The notes beneath the pieces are model-generated. The model ran no database searches. It had not been told where the DNA came from and saw only the letters and a program-made list of their open reading frames with translations. Below are positions 40,496-46,695 of a stretch of DNA of 46,695 bases, one piece after another (the stretch's first letter is position 1; each line of letters begins with the position of its first letter). Location of the stretch: positions 1 through 46,695 of IMG/VR virus record IMGVR_UViG_3300030376_004936, one strand, 5' to 3'. Made by a program: the position numbers and the translations under genes. The stretch comes from a virus. Taxonomy: Duplodnaviria > Caudoviricetes.

Positions 40496-40753
40496 TTATT
40501 CAACCATAATCACGTCGCTAGCTTTTATAACTTGATATAATTCATCATTATATGATATATCGTGACCAGCGTGTTTATCGTAAAACACCGTATCGTTTTC
40601 TTTTATTACTTCAACTAGATTGCCAACTGAAACAATTTTTCCTCTTTTATATCTATTATCTGTATCAGTATCATCTGTTAATATAAGACCACTAACTTTC
40701 TTAGGACCTTCTTTTATTTTTTCTACTATAATGTAGTGATTTATTGCTTTCAT
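40496..40753 (-). CDS. groES: Co-chaperonin GroES
   Basis: 85 aa; KKVSGLIL mobile loop, RGKIVSVGN, VFYDKHAG, VIKASDVI. Confidence 0.85.
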   Translation of the reverse strand: MKAINHYIIVEKIKEGPKKVSGLILTDDTDTDNRYKRGKIVSVGNLVEVIKENDTVFYDKHAGHDISYNDELYQVIKASDVIMVE

Positions 40754-40759
40754 ATTAAA

Positions 40760-41224
40760 TTAAATAAACATTAAAAATACACACCTTTCTCCTGTGTGTG
40801 GATCTACTTTGTGCCACTCATCTGATGTATGAGCTACTAAATCATAAGTTTGTCTTTTAGACTTAGTAGCGTTAGTACCATCTACATCATCACCATACCA
40901 AGTGTCGCCACCCTCAAACCTACTGCGATCTGATAATAATATAGACACACCAACCTCACACCACGTCATGTGACCTCCACTACCAGTGTCTTTATGCCAT
41001 TCGTGACCATCACCTCTTACCTCTACTAACCAATAAGATTGATCTTTTACTTTAAACTCAAAGTCTTCTTTTAATTTATCTAAAACTTTTTTAACTAAAT
41101 CTGTTTGATCATTTAAAACACTTTTTAAGTCACTCTTTTTTATCTTGTGCTTACGAGGATCTCTTTTTGCTAGTAATTCATCAGCTATATCTTTTGTTAT
41201 AAAATTACGATAAATCTTTTTCAT
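40760..41224 (-). CDS. 2OG-Fe(II) oxygenase superfamily protein
   Basis: HxD (WHKD), FEGG, distal His (WHKV) and Arg (GERCV); overlaps the groEL stop by 20 nt. Confidence 0.8.
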   Translation of the reverse strand: MKKIYRNFITKDIADELLAKRDPRKHKIKKSDLKSVLNDQTDLVKKVLDKLKEDFEFKVKDQSYWLVEVRGDGHEWHKDTGSGGHMTWCEVGVSILLSDRSRFEGGDTWYGDDVDGTNATKSKRQTYDLVAHTSDEWHKVDPHTGERCVFLMFI

Positions 41225-42776
41225 CTACTCTTATATTTGATATTACACAATCAGCTGACATAACAGTTAAAGCTACACTCACAGCATTCTTAAGCGCTGA
41301 TTTAGTTACTAACACTGGGTCTATAATACCTTCGCGAACCATATTGGGAAATGTTCCATTTATAACATTACAACCATAACCCTCTTTTAAGTTACTAGGT
41401 TTCATCATTAATCCAGCATTATTCATTATAGTTTCGTATGGCGATGATAAAGCGTTTAATAACACTTGACCACCTTTATCGGCTTTAACCTTTTGACCAG
41501 CATTTAATAATGCAACTCCACCTCCAGGAACAATACCTTCTTGCAATGCCGCTTTGGTAGCGTATATAGCATCTTCAACTCTATCTTTCTTTTCTTTAAG
41601 TTCAACTTTAGAACCAGCGCCAACTTTAATCATAGCTACACTACCTGACAACATAGCTAATCTTTGTTCTAGTTTCTTTTTAATAAAACCATTTTCTTCC
41701 GTAGCTAACTTATTGTTTAATTCATCTATTCTATTTTCAATATCCTCTGTCATTCCCTCTAAAGTTAAAACAGTATTGTTATCGTTTGTTACAGAAAACT
41801 CAGCTTCACCTAAATGCTCAGGTTTCATAAGATCCAAATCATCACCTAGTTCTTCATTTAAAACAGTTGCTCCAGTTAATATAGCTAAATCTTCAGTAGC
41901 ATCTTTTTTAGTAGGACCAAAGCCTGGAAGATCTATTATATTAACCTTAATGTTACCTTTAACTTTATTCATTAAAAGTGCCGACTTTACTTGCTGTGCA
42001 ACTGGTGCCACTATAAGTAAAGCTCGGTTGTTCTTTATAACATGTTCTAGTATTGACTGTATCTTTCTTACGTTTGGTATTTCAGATGAACATACAAAGA
42101 CTAAAGGATTATCAAGTTCGCATAACTGTTTATCGGTATTAGTTATAAAATGAGGTGAAGTTAATCCACAATCAACTTGAACACCATCAACAACATCAAC
42201 AAACGTATCTTCTGTTTGACCTTCTTCCATAAGAACCACACCGTTCTTACCAACCTTTTCATATGCTTCAGATATAATAGCTCCTAGTTCAGAATCATTA
42301 TTACATGATATAGAACTAACAGATGATAACATATCACCCTCAACTTCTACGGAAACATTAGTTAAATACTTTATAACATTATCTAATGTTTCATTTACTC
42401 CATCTTTAATTTCTCTGATTGTAAGACCATCTGCGACCGCAAGATCTATTTGTTTGATTAGTGCTTCTGCTAGAACTGTAGCGGTTGTTGTACCATCACC
42501 AGCTTCTCGAACTGTATTTCTAGCTGCTTCTTTTATTAGGGTTGCACCCATATTTTCAACCGGGTCACGCAAGACTACGCTTTCTGCAACGGTTACTCCA
42601 TCTTTTGTTATGACCGGTTTGCCACGCGCGTCTTCATATATCACGCACTTTCCTGATGCGCCTAATGTAGATTTAACGGCTTGGGCTAATTTATTTACTC
42701 CGGTGATTACTCTATTCTTAGCGTCATCACCAAAGTTTAGGTTTTTAACCAATTCACTTGGTAAGTTATATTCCAT
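41205..42776 (-). CDS. groEL: Chaperonin GroEL (phage-encoded)
   Basis: ITKDGVTVA, AGDGTTTATVLA, EGIVPGGGVAL and GIIDP motifs; lacks the GGM tail. Confidence 0.95.
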   Translation of the reverse strand: MEYNLPSELVKNLNFGDDAKNRVITGVNKLAQAVKSTLGASGKCVIYEDARGKPVITKDGVTVAESVVLRDPVENMGATLIKEAARNTVREAGDGTTTATVLAEALIKQIDLAVADGLTIREIKDGVNETLDNVIKYLTNVSVEVEGDMLSSVSSISCNNDSELGAIISEAYEKVGKNGVVLMEEGQTEDTFVDVVDGVQVDCGLTSPHFITNTDKQLCELDNPLVFVCSSEIPNVRKIQSILEHVIKNNRALLIVAPVAQQVKSALLMNKVKGNIKVNIIDLPGFGPTKKDATEDLAILTGATVLNEELGDDLDLMKPEHLGEAEFSVTNDNNTVLTLEGMTEDIENRIDELNNKLATEENGFIKKKLEQRLAMLSGSVAMIKVGAGSKVELKEKKDRVEDAIYATKAALQEGIVPGGGVALLNAGQKVKADKGGQVLLNALSSPYETIMNNAGLMMKPSNLKEGYGCNVINGTFPNMVREGIIDPVLVTKSALKNAVSVALTVMSADCVISNIRVDEKDLS

Positions 42777-42821
42777 GGTATTATATTTTATTATATTAAA
42801 TTAAATTGTCTGTAGGTATTA

Positions 42822-43073
42822 TTACCTGTTCTTTTTCAAATTAAGCATTTTTCTGAGTAATTTTGCCTCTGGATCTTTTGGATCCATTTCGCTTAACATT
42901 TCTTTTATTTTCTTTTTTTGTAGCTCATTAAGAGGTTTAGCGGTTTTTTTATTATACTTAAGAACCTCTCTTCTATGTTTCCTCTTTTCTTTTTTAGTCA
43001 TCTCTACATCACCATCATTAGGTGGATCAGTAGCTTTTGTAAACGGGGAAAACCCTCTTTGTTTATAAGCCAT
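42822..43073 (-). CDS. Small basic protein with SPF-type leader
   Basis: 83 aa; starts MAYKQRGFSPFTK. Confidence 0.75.
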   Translation of the reverse strand: MAYKQRGFSPFTKATDPPNDGDVEMTKKEKRKHRREVLKYNKKTAKPLNELQKKKIKEMLSEMDPKDPEAKLLRKMLNLKKNR

Positions 43074-43075
43074 AG

Positions 43076-43291
43076 TTAATCTCTATCTGGGTTATTAGGG
43101 TTCATTTGATTACTTTGCTCGTACCCTGCGTCGATCTTATCTTGAAGAGCTTGGATTTGTTTTTTAATTTTACTTTTGTCTTTAGGTTTAGCTACTTGTA
43201 GTTTCATCCTTAATTCCTTCAGTCTCTGCATTAAACCTCCACCATCACCTCTCTTTGTGAACGGTGTAAACCCTGATTGTATATATCCCAT
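43076..43291 (-). CDS. Small basic protein with SPF-type leader
   Basis: 71 aa; starts MGYIQSGFTPFTK. Confidence 0.75.
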   Translation of the reverse strand: MGYIQSGFTPFTKRGDGGGLMQRLKELRMKLQVAKPKDKSKIKKQIQALQDKIDAGYEQSNQMNPNNPDRD

Positions 43292-43301
43292 TGTTTTTAT
43301 T

Positions 43302-43595
43302 TTAAATTTTGTTAATCATGTGGCCTCTATTGCCTTTTCTTTTTATTCCTTTAACACTTTTTTGTCCAACTTTATTTTTATGCAAAAAATTGCCAAACTC
43401 AAACATCGCACCTGCACCTGATAAACCTCTAGCTAATCTAACTCCACGTGCCCCTGTTTTTGCTATACCTCTTGTTATTGCATTATCTCTAACAGTTGTT
43501 TTTACTTTATCCCAGAACTTGCCTTTAAATGGAGACTTTCCATAGAGAGTTGTTCCATTCATTTTGAACCCTCTTGGTTCTTTAAAATTTGGCAT
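43302..43595 (-). CDS. Small basic protein with SPF-type leader
   Basis: 97 aa; starts MPNFKEPRGFKMNGTTLYGKSPFK. Confidence 0.75.
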   Translation of the reverse strand: MPNFKEPRGFKMNGTTLYGKSPFKGKFWDKVKTTVRDNAITRGIAKTGARGVRLARGLSGAGAMFEFGNFLHKNKVGQKSVKGIKRKGNRGHMINKI

Positions 43596-43805
43596 GATTT
43601 ATTTATTTCTTTTATCTTTAGGTATAAAGAGTCCAGTTATAGGATCCCACTTACTCATATCATATCCTCTTTCTCTAAACTGTTTGTGATACTTAGGATT
43701 AAGCATTCTTTTTTTCTTATCCTTTGGGTTCTTTTTAAATGGAGATTTTCCATAAAAGGTTGATCCTTTCATTTCAAACCCACTCGATTTTTTAAAATTT
43801 GGCAT
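43524..43805 (-). repeat. Diverged 72-nt direct repeat (43524-43595 and 43734-43805) encoding the leader of two adjacent genes
   Basis: 17 of 24 aa identical, with shared DNA blocks such as tttaaatggaga and ttaaaatttggcat; similarity is lost after SPFK. Confidence 0.8.
43599..43805 (-). CDS. Small basic protein with SPF-type leader
   Basis: 68 aa; starts MPNFKKSSGFEMKGSTFYGKSPFK. Confidence 0.75.
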   Translation of the reverse strand: MPNFKKSSGFEMKGSTFYGKSPFKKNPKDKKKRMLNPKYHKQFRERGYDMSKWDPITGLFIPKDKRNK

Positions 43806-43808
43806 ATA

Positions 43809-44423
43809 TTATTTTTTAAATTTATTTCTTATTCCACTTCCCATCATTCCAAACATTCCACCACCTATACTACCAGATATTTCTTTAACTAACTCCATCT
43901 TCTCTTCTTTTGATAACTTCTTACCTTTTCTTTTCATTCTACCAATAACGTTACTTAATCCACCTAAAGCAAATCTACCTATCGCAAACGGATAAGGTGA
44001 TTCTCCCTGAACATCTGAACCCGAGTCGGCTTTAGCTATCTCACTATCATGTTCATTTGTTTGTTCGGCTGCTATAGCAACCATTTCCCATGGGTGATCA
44101 GGATGTCCTTCTGGTAATCTACCTGCTGGTCCATCTATAAATGCTTGACCATCTATCATTCTCCTAAAGTATATATTACCTTCCCAAACAACATGGTTTT
44201 CACCATAAGAAGCTCTACCAGAATCCATATCTCTCTTATGTTGAAGCTCGTGCCTCATCACTCTTTTATACTCAGCACTGTCTTTAGGTATATTACTACT
44301 TACATTTATAGAACCATCTAGGTTTGCCTCACCAGCTATATCTCTCTCCATACCGCTAGTGTGGTTTACCTTATTTAGAGGAGTTCTAAATGAAGAAGAT
44401 CTATTACCTAACTTAAACGCCAT
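43809..44423 (-). CDS. Putative zincin metallopeptidase with SPF-type leader (probable start 44423)
   Basis: HELQH at 44238-44252 and downstream PWE (third-ligand-like Glu). Starts MAFKLG...RTPLNK, 1 nt after the upstream stop. Confidence 0.65.
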   Translation of the reverse strand: MAFKLGNRSSSFRTPLNKVNHTSGMERDIAGEANLDGSINVSSNIPKDSAEYKRVMRHELQHKRDMDSGRASYGENHVVWEGNIYFRRMIDGQAFIDGPAGRLPEGHPDHPWEMVAIAAEQTNEHDSEIAKADSGSDVQGESPYPFAIGRFALGGLSNVIGRMKRKGKKLSKEEKMELVKEISGSIGGGMFGMMGSGIRNKFKK

Positions 44424-44424
44424 A

Positions 44425-45033
44425 TTATCCTCTATTTCTTTTAGCCCACATTTCCATGTCCTTAGGACCGCCACCAGCACCTCCTTCTTGTGGTCTATTT
44501 TTAACTCTCTTTATTCTTCTTTTATGACCCCCTAAACCGTGTTGATCTACTCTCTCGTGTCTGTCAAACGGATTTATTGTTCGTCTGGCTTTCTTTGTAA
44601 ATGGAGAATTCTTTTTTGCTTTTCTTGCTGCCTTTTTCTTTTTCTTTTTTTCTTTCCATTTCGCATAAGCTTCGTCTTCCTTCTTTTTCCTTCTCATACC
44701 AGTTTCTAAATCCCACTTAACCATACTAGCAGACACAGGACCTGGAGAGTAAGGCATTGATTTCCATTTAAACGGGGATTTAAATTTTTTAGGAACTCTT
44801 AAATTCTTCTCTCTTTCTCTGATCTTCTGCATTCTTATTTTGTAGTCTTTTCTAGCTTGTTTTATATGCTGTGGATCTCTTGTTCCAGCTATAGCGTTTC
44901 TATAATCAAACTTAGCGTTTCTTTTAGCATCTTTAATTCTGGATGCTGGTGTTGACTTGAATGGAGAAGCATCACCTCTTGTGTAAGGTGAAAATCCCAA
45001 ACTAAATCCTTCATTTTTTTTAAAATAGGGCAT
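44425..45033 (-). CDS. Highly basic protein with repeated SP[FY] motifs
   Basis: 202 aa; contains FSPYT, ASPFK, KSPFK and NSPFTK, plus a poly-Lys tract. Confidence 0.75.
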   Translation of the reverse strand: MPYFKKNEGFSLGFSPYTRGDASPFKSTPASRIKDAKRNAKFDYRNAIAGTRDPQHIKQARKDYKIRMQKIREREKNLRVPKKFKSPFKWKSMPYSPGPVSASMVKWDLETGMRRKKKEDEAYAKWKEKKKKKKAARKAKKNSPFTKKARRTINPFDRHERVDQHGLGGHKRRIKRVKNRPQEGGAGGGPKDMEMWAKRNRG

Positions 45034-45038
45034 AATTA

Positions 45039-45341
45039 TTATTTAAAAGTTTTGACCACTTTTGGTCCTTTTATAAATTCTAGTTTTTTAGAGAAATGAT
45101 CAACGCTCCCTTCAATAGCAGCTTCAGCTCCTTCCATTGTTTCTCTCCTAGTTATATCAACCCACTTCTCATTTTCCTCAGTATTGTTAGGATTTGAGAC
45201 CTCTGTTTGGTAATATCCGTTAGCTAGTTGAGTAATTCTCCAGTTCTTCTTTTCAGCTAAATGTTTCCACTCGCTTATTTGTTTTTCTGAAATTTTCGGT
45301 TCAGTAGTGTATGAACTACTTTTATAGTATATGTATGTCAT
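45039..45341 (-). CDS. Conserved hypothetical protein
   Basis: 100 aa; WRITQLANGYYQTE and TRRET motifs. Confidence 0.7.
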   Translation of the reverse strand: MTYIYYKSSSYTTEPKISEKQISEWKHLAEKKNWRITQLANGYYQTEVSNPNNTEENEKWVDITRRETMEGAEAAIEGSVDHFSKKLEFIKGPKVVKTFK

Positions 45342-45378
45342 GTTTTTGGTTTTAAATTAATTGGTATAAGGATTTTCC

Positions 45379-45552
45379 TTATTCTTCTTTGTGGGCATAA
45401 CCATAATTGTAGGGAGAATCATCTATCATTCTAAATGGTCCTCTTCTTCTACGATTACCTCTATCTATTTTAAAGTTACCATATCCGGAAGATGTTTTAT
45501 CATTATGATCTTCCATGCCCACTAACTTGCTTGTTCTTTTAGTTATACCCAT
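45379..45552 (-). CDS. 57-aa hypothetical protein (not in ORF track)
   Basis: MGITKRTSKLVGMEDHNDKTSSGYGNFKIDRGNRRRRGPFRMIDDSPYNYGYAHKEE; fills the gap and has an A-rich upstream region. Confidence 0.65.
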   Translation of the reverse strand: MGITKRTSKLVGMEDHNDKTSSGYGNFKIDRGNRRRRGPFRMIDDSPYNYGYAHKEE

Positions 45553-45566
45553 TTTATATATTTTTA

Positions 45567-46073
45567 TTATCTATCAAATGTCCAGTACTCTAGTGATTGA
45601 GACGCAGCACTCGCTACAGCAATTAAATCACCAGTGTAATCATACGGGAAAAATGCAAATTCTCCAGCTTTTAAGGTAAATAATCTATCATATTGATCAT
45701 TTGTTGTTATATTGTTATAAGCAACATCACTTGGAGAGTTGTAATCAGCATCAGTCATGTGACCAATGTAGATCTTTTCTGTTCCAGTTAGTGTCGTATT
45801 CTTTAGATATACCCAACACCCAACTGTTCCACCAATGGCTGTACCATGATCAGCACCTTGAATTATTCTATTGAATCCTTCACCAGCCGGAGATCCAATT
45901 AGAGATACATCAGCTATAACCTCTGTATTCACCACATCGACTGTTAATAGACCACTATCACCAGTTTTTGTTGGTGTTGCTGTTAGATTAAGTGCTACAC
46001 TAAGTGGTCCAGGGTTTGTACCTGCCGACGATGCGTTAGATGTTAGTGATAGAACTGGTTTTATTTTTCCCAT
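45567..46073 (-). CDS. Hypothetical beta-rich protein (possible capsid decoration/structural)
   Basis: 168 aa; WVYLKNT...LKAGEFAFFPY jelly-roll-like pattern; role inferred. Confidence 0.55.
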   Translation of the reverse strand: MGKIKPVLSLTSNASSAGTNPGPLSVALNLTATPTKTGDSGLLTVDVVNTEVIADVSLIGSPAGEGFNRIIQGADHGTAIGGTVGCWVYLKNTTLTGTEKIYIGHMTDADYNSPSDVAYNNITTNDQYDRLFTLKAGEFAFFPYDYTGDLIAVASAASQSLEYWTFDR

Positions 46074-46079
46074 TTTTTA

Positions 46080-46484
46080 TTATCTTAAATTTTTAAACAA
46101 TTGATTTAATGTCATTTCGTGTGGAGATACATTAACACTACCTCCTTTTATGTTAGTATGTCTCTTAGCCATTCTTTTGCTAATTCTACCTTTTTCACCA
46201 GTTGTTAATTTACCTTTAACTGGAGCGGCAGTTTTCTTATATGTTTTTGTAAACTGCGGCTTCTTTGGCGCTGGCTCTTTCTTTTTTGGTGCTTCTTTCT
46301 TTCCATACTTTTCCGTCCAAGCTTTGTGCTCTTGCTCCCATGCTTTTACCGCTTTATCATATTCTGCTTGAGTCTTATACTTGTTTTTATCTAATTTAGG
46401 TTTTACTGGCTCCGGTGGAGTTTGATTCTTCGGTGGAACCTTCTTGCCTGGTGGAATTTTAAAATCTCTGCTAGGTATTGACAT
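46080..46484 (-). CDS. Lys/Pro-rich hypothetical protein
   Basis: 134 aa; first ORF after the right-end promoter-like motif. Confidence 0.7.
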   Translation of the reverse strand: MSIPSRDFKIPPGKKVPPKNQTPPEPVKPKLDKNKYKTQAEYDKAVKAWEQEHKAWTEKYGKKEAPKKKEPAPKKPQFTKTYKKTAAPVKGKLTTGEKGRISKRMAKRHTNIKGGSVNVSPHEMTLNQLFKNLR

Positions 46485-46529
46485 AATACTTTATTTTTTA
46501 ATTATTATTTCGGCACTATGCCGTTTCTC

Positions 46530-46549
46530 TTACAAAGAAGATAATTACA
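46530..46549 (-). promoter_or_regulatory. Variant of the putative promoter motif at the head of the late region
   Basis: Minus strand (CG)TGTAATTATCTTCTTTGTAA (GTAA-N11-GTAA), followed by the hairpin CGGCA-TAG-TGCCG (46511-46523). Confidence 0.5.
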
Positions 46550-46601
46550 CGGTACTATAGATATTTACTCCCCGTATTATAAATATTGGAGTAGAGTGTT
46601 G

Positions 46602-46695
46602 CCCCCCTCTATCTCCCCCCACCCCCCAAAAAGAAAAATCCAAAACATAAACCGGGCCCACCCTCCGGCCCAGCCCCCAGCCACCAGTCCCCCTC
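46602..46695 (-). other. Non-coding G-tract-rich segment (G-quadruplex-capable on the minus strand)
   Basis: Eight C-runs of 3-6 nt on the plus strand in an otherwise AT-rich genome. Confidence 0.6.

Larger units (their letters stand above)
1..46695 (-). mobile_element. Bacteriophage structural/late gene region (crAss-like or Flavobacteriia podovirus-type; probable Bacteroidota host)
   Basis: terS-terL-portal-scaffold-MCP-ring-stabilization protein-giant protein gene order; single coding strand; A/T-rich initiation regions mostly without Shine-Dalgarno motifs; no integrase or host housekeeping genes seen. Confidence 0.9.

Noticed and set aside
41554-42153. 199-aa plus-strand ORF and the other plus-strand ORFs
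   Set aside because: Antisense shadows of long minus-strand genes (here groEL), with S/L/F-rich composition and no independent support.
44424-44480. Longer start for the metallopeptidase ORF (44480)
   Set aside because: It overlaps the upstream gene; the ATG at 44423 follows the upstream stop and begins with the family leader MAFKLG.
42822-45033. Leader repeats as a CRISPR array, DGR or classical RiPP cluster
   Set aside because: The repeats are protein-level and degenerate with no constant DNA repeat-spacer period; no reverse transcriptase, RiPP tailoring enzyme or transporter is seen.
46566-46593. TACTCC...GGAGTA inverted repeat
   Set aside because: A 6-bp stem with a long loop and no U-tract; could arise by chance.
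1-46695. Stop-codon reassignment as in some crAss-like phages
   Set aside because: Long genes are intact and densely packed under the standard code, with no fragmentation at TAG or TGA.
1-46695. tRNA, rRNA, integrase, transposase, introns or inteins
   Set aside because: None recognisable by eye; intergenic gaps are too short and terL appears uninterrupted. tRNAscan-SE and Infernal were not run.

Overview
The window is the late (morphogenesis) half of an AT-rich tailed dsDNA phage. It most resembles crAss-like or Flavobacteriia-infecting podoviruses of Bacteroidota, an assignment inferred from recalled family resemblance rather than a search. All credible genes are on the minus strand, tightly packed, often translationally coupled, mostly without Shine-Dalgarno motifs, and readable in the standard code. 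In transcription order (right to left): a G-rich non-coding end; an array of small basic proteins including an HExxH metallopeptidase; groEL / 2OG-Fe(II) oxygenase / groES; a wHTH protein; a holin; a second GroES-like protein; terminase small and large subunits; portal; scaffold; major capsid protein; two ring proteins; a 2088-aa tail stabilization/muzzle protein; tail accessories; internal-virion/ejection proteins; a 3267-aa polyvalent protein (zincin, sigma-like, HAD, Zn fingers); a DUF5675-like putative endolysin; and a signal-peptide protein running off the left edge. Main observation: nine otherwise unrelated proteins in two loci about 26 kb apart share a short N-terminal leader, M-[GAPS]-x(0,1)-[FY]...[ST]-P-[FYLM]-[KTN], fused to variable cargo, and one of them is a metallopeptidase. 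This is a candidate capsid-targeting or processing tag system. Also seen: a sigma-factor-like segment inside the giant protein, a recurring GTAA-N10/11-GTA(A/G) promoter-like element at six gene boundaries, and several small ORFs missing from the supplied track.
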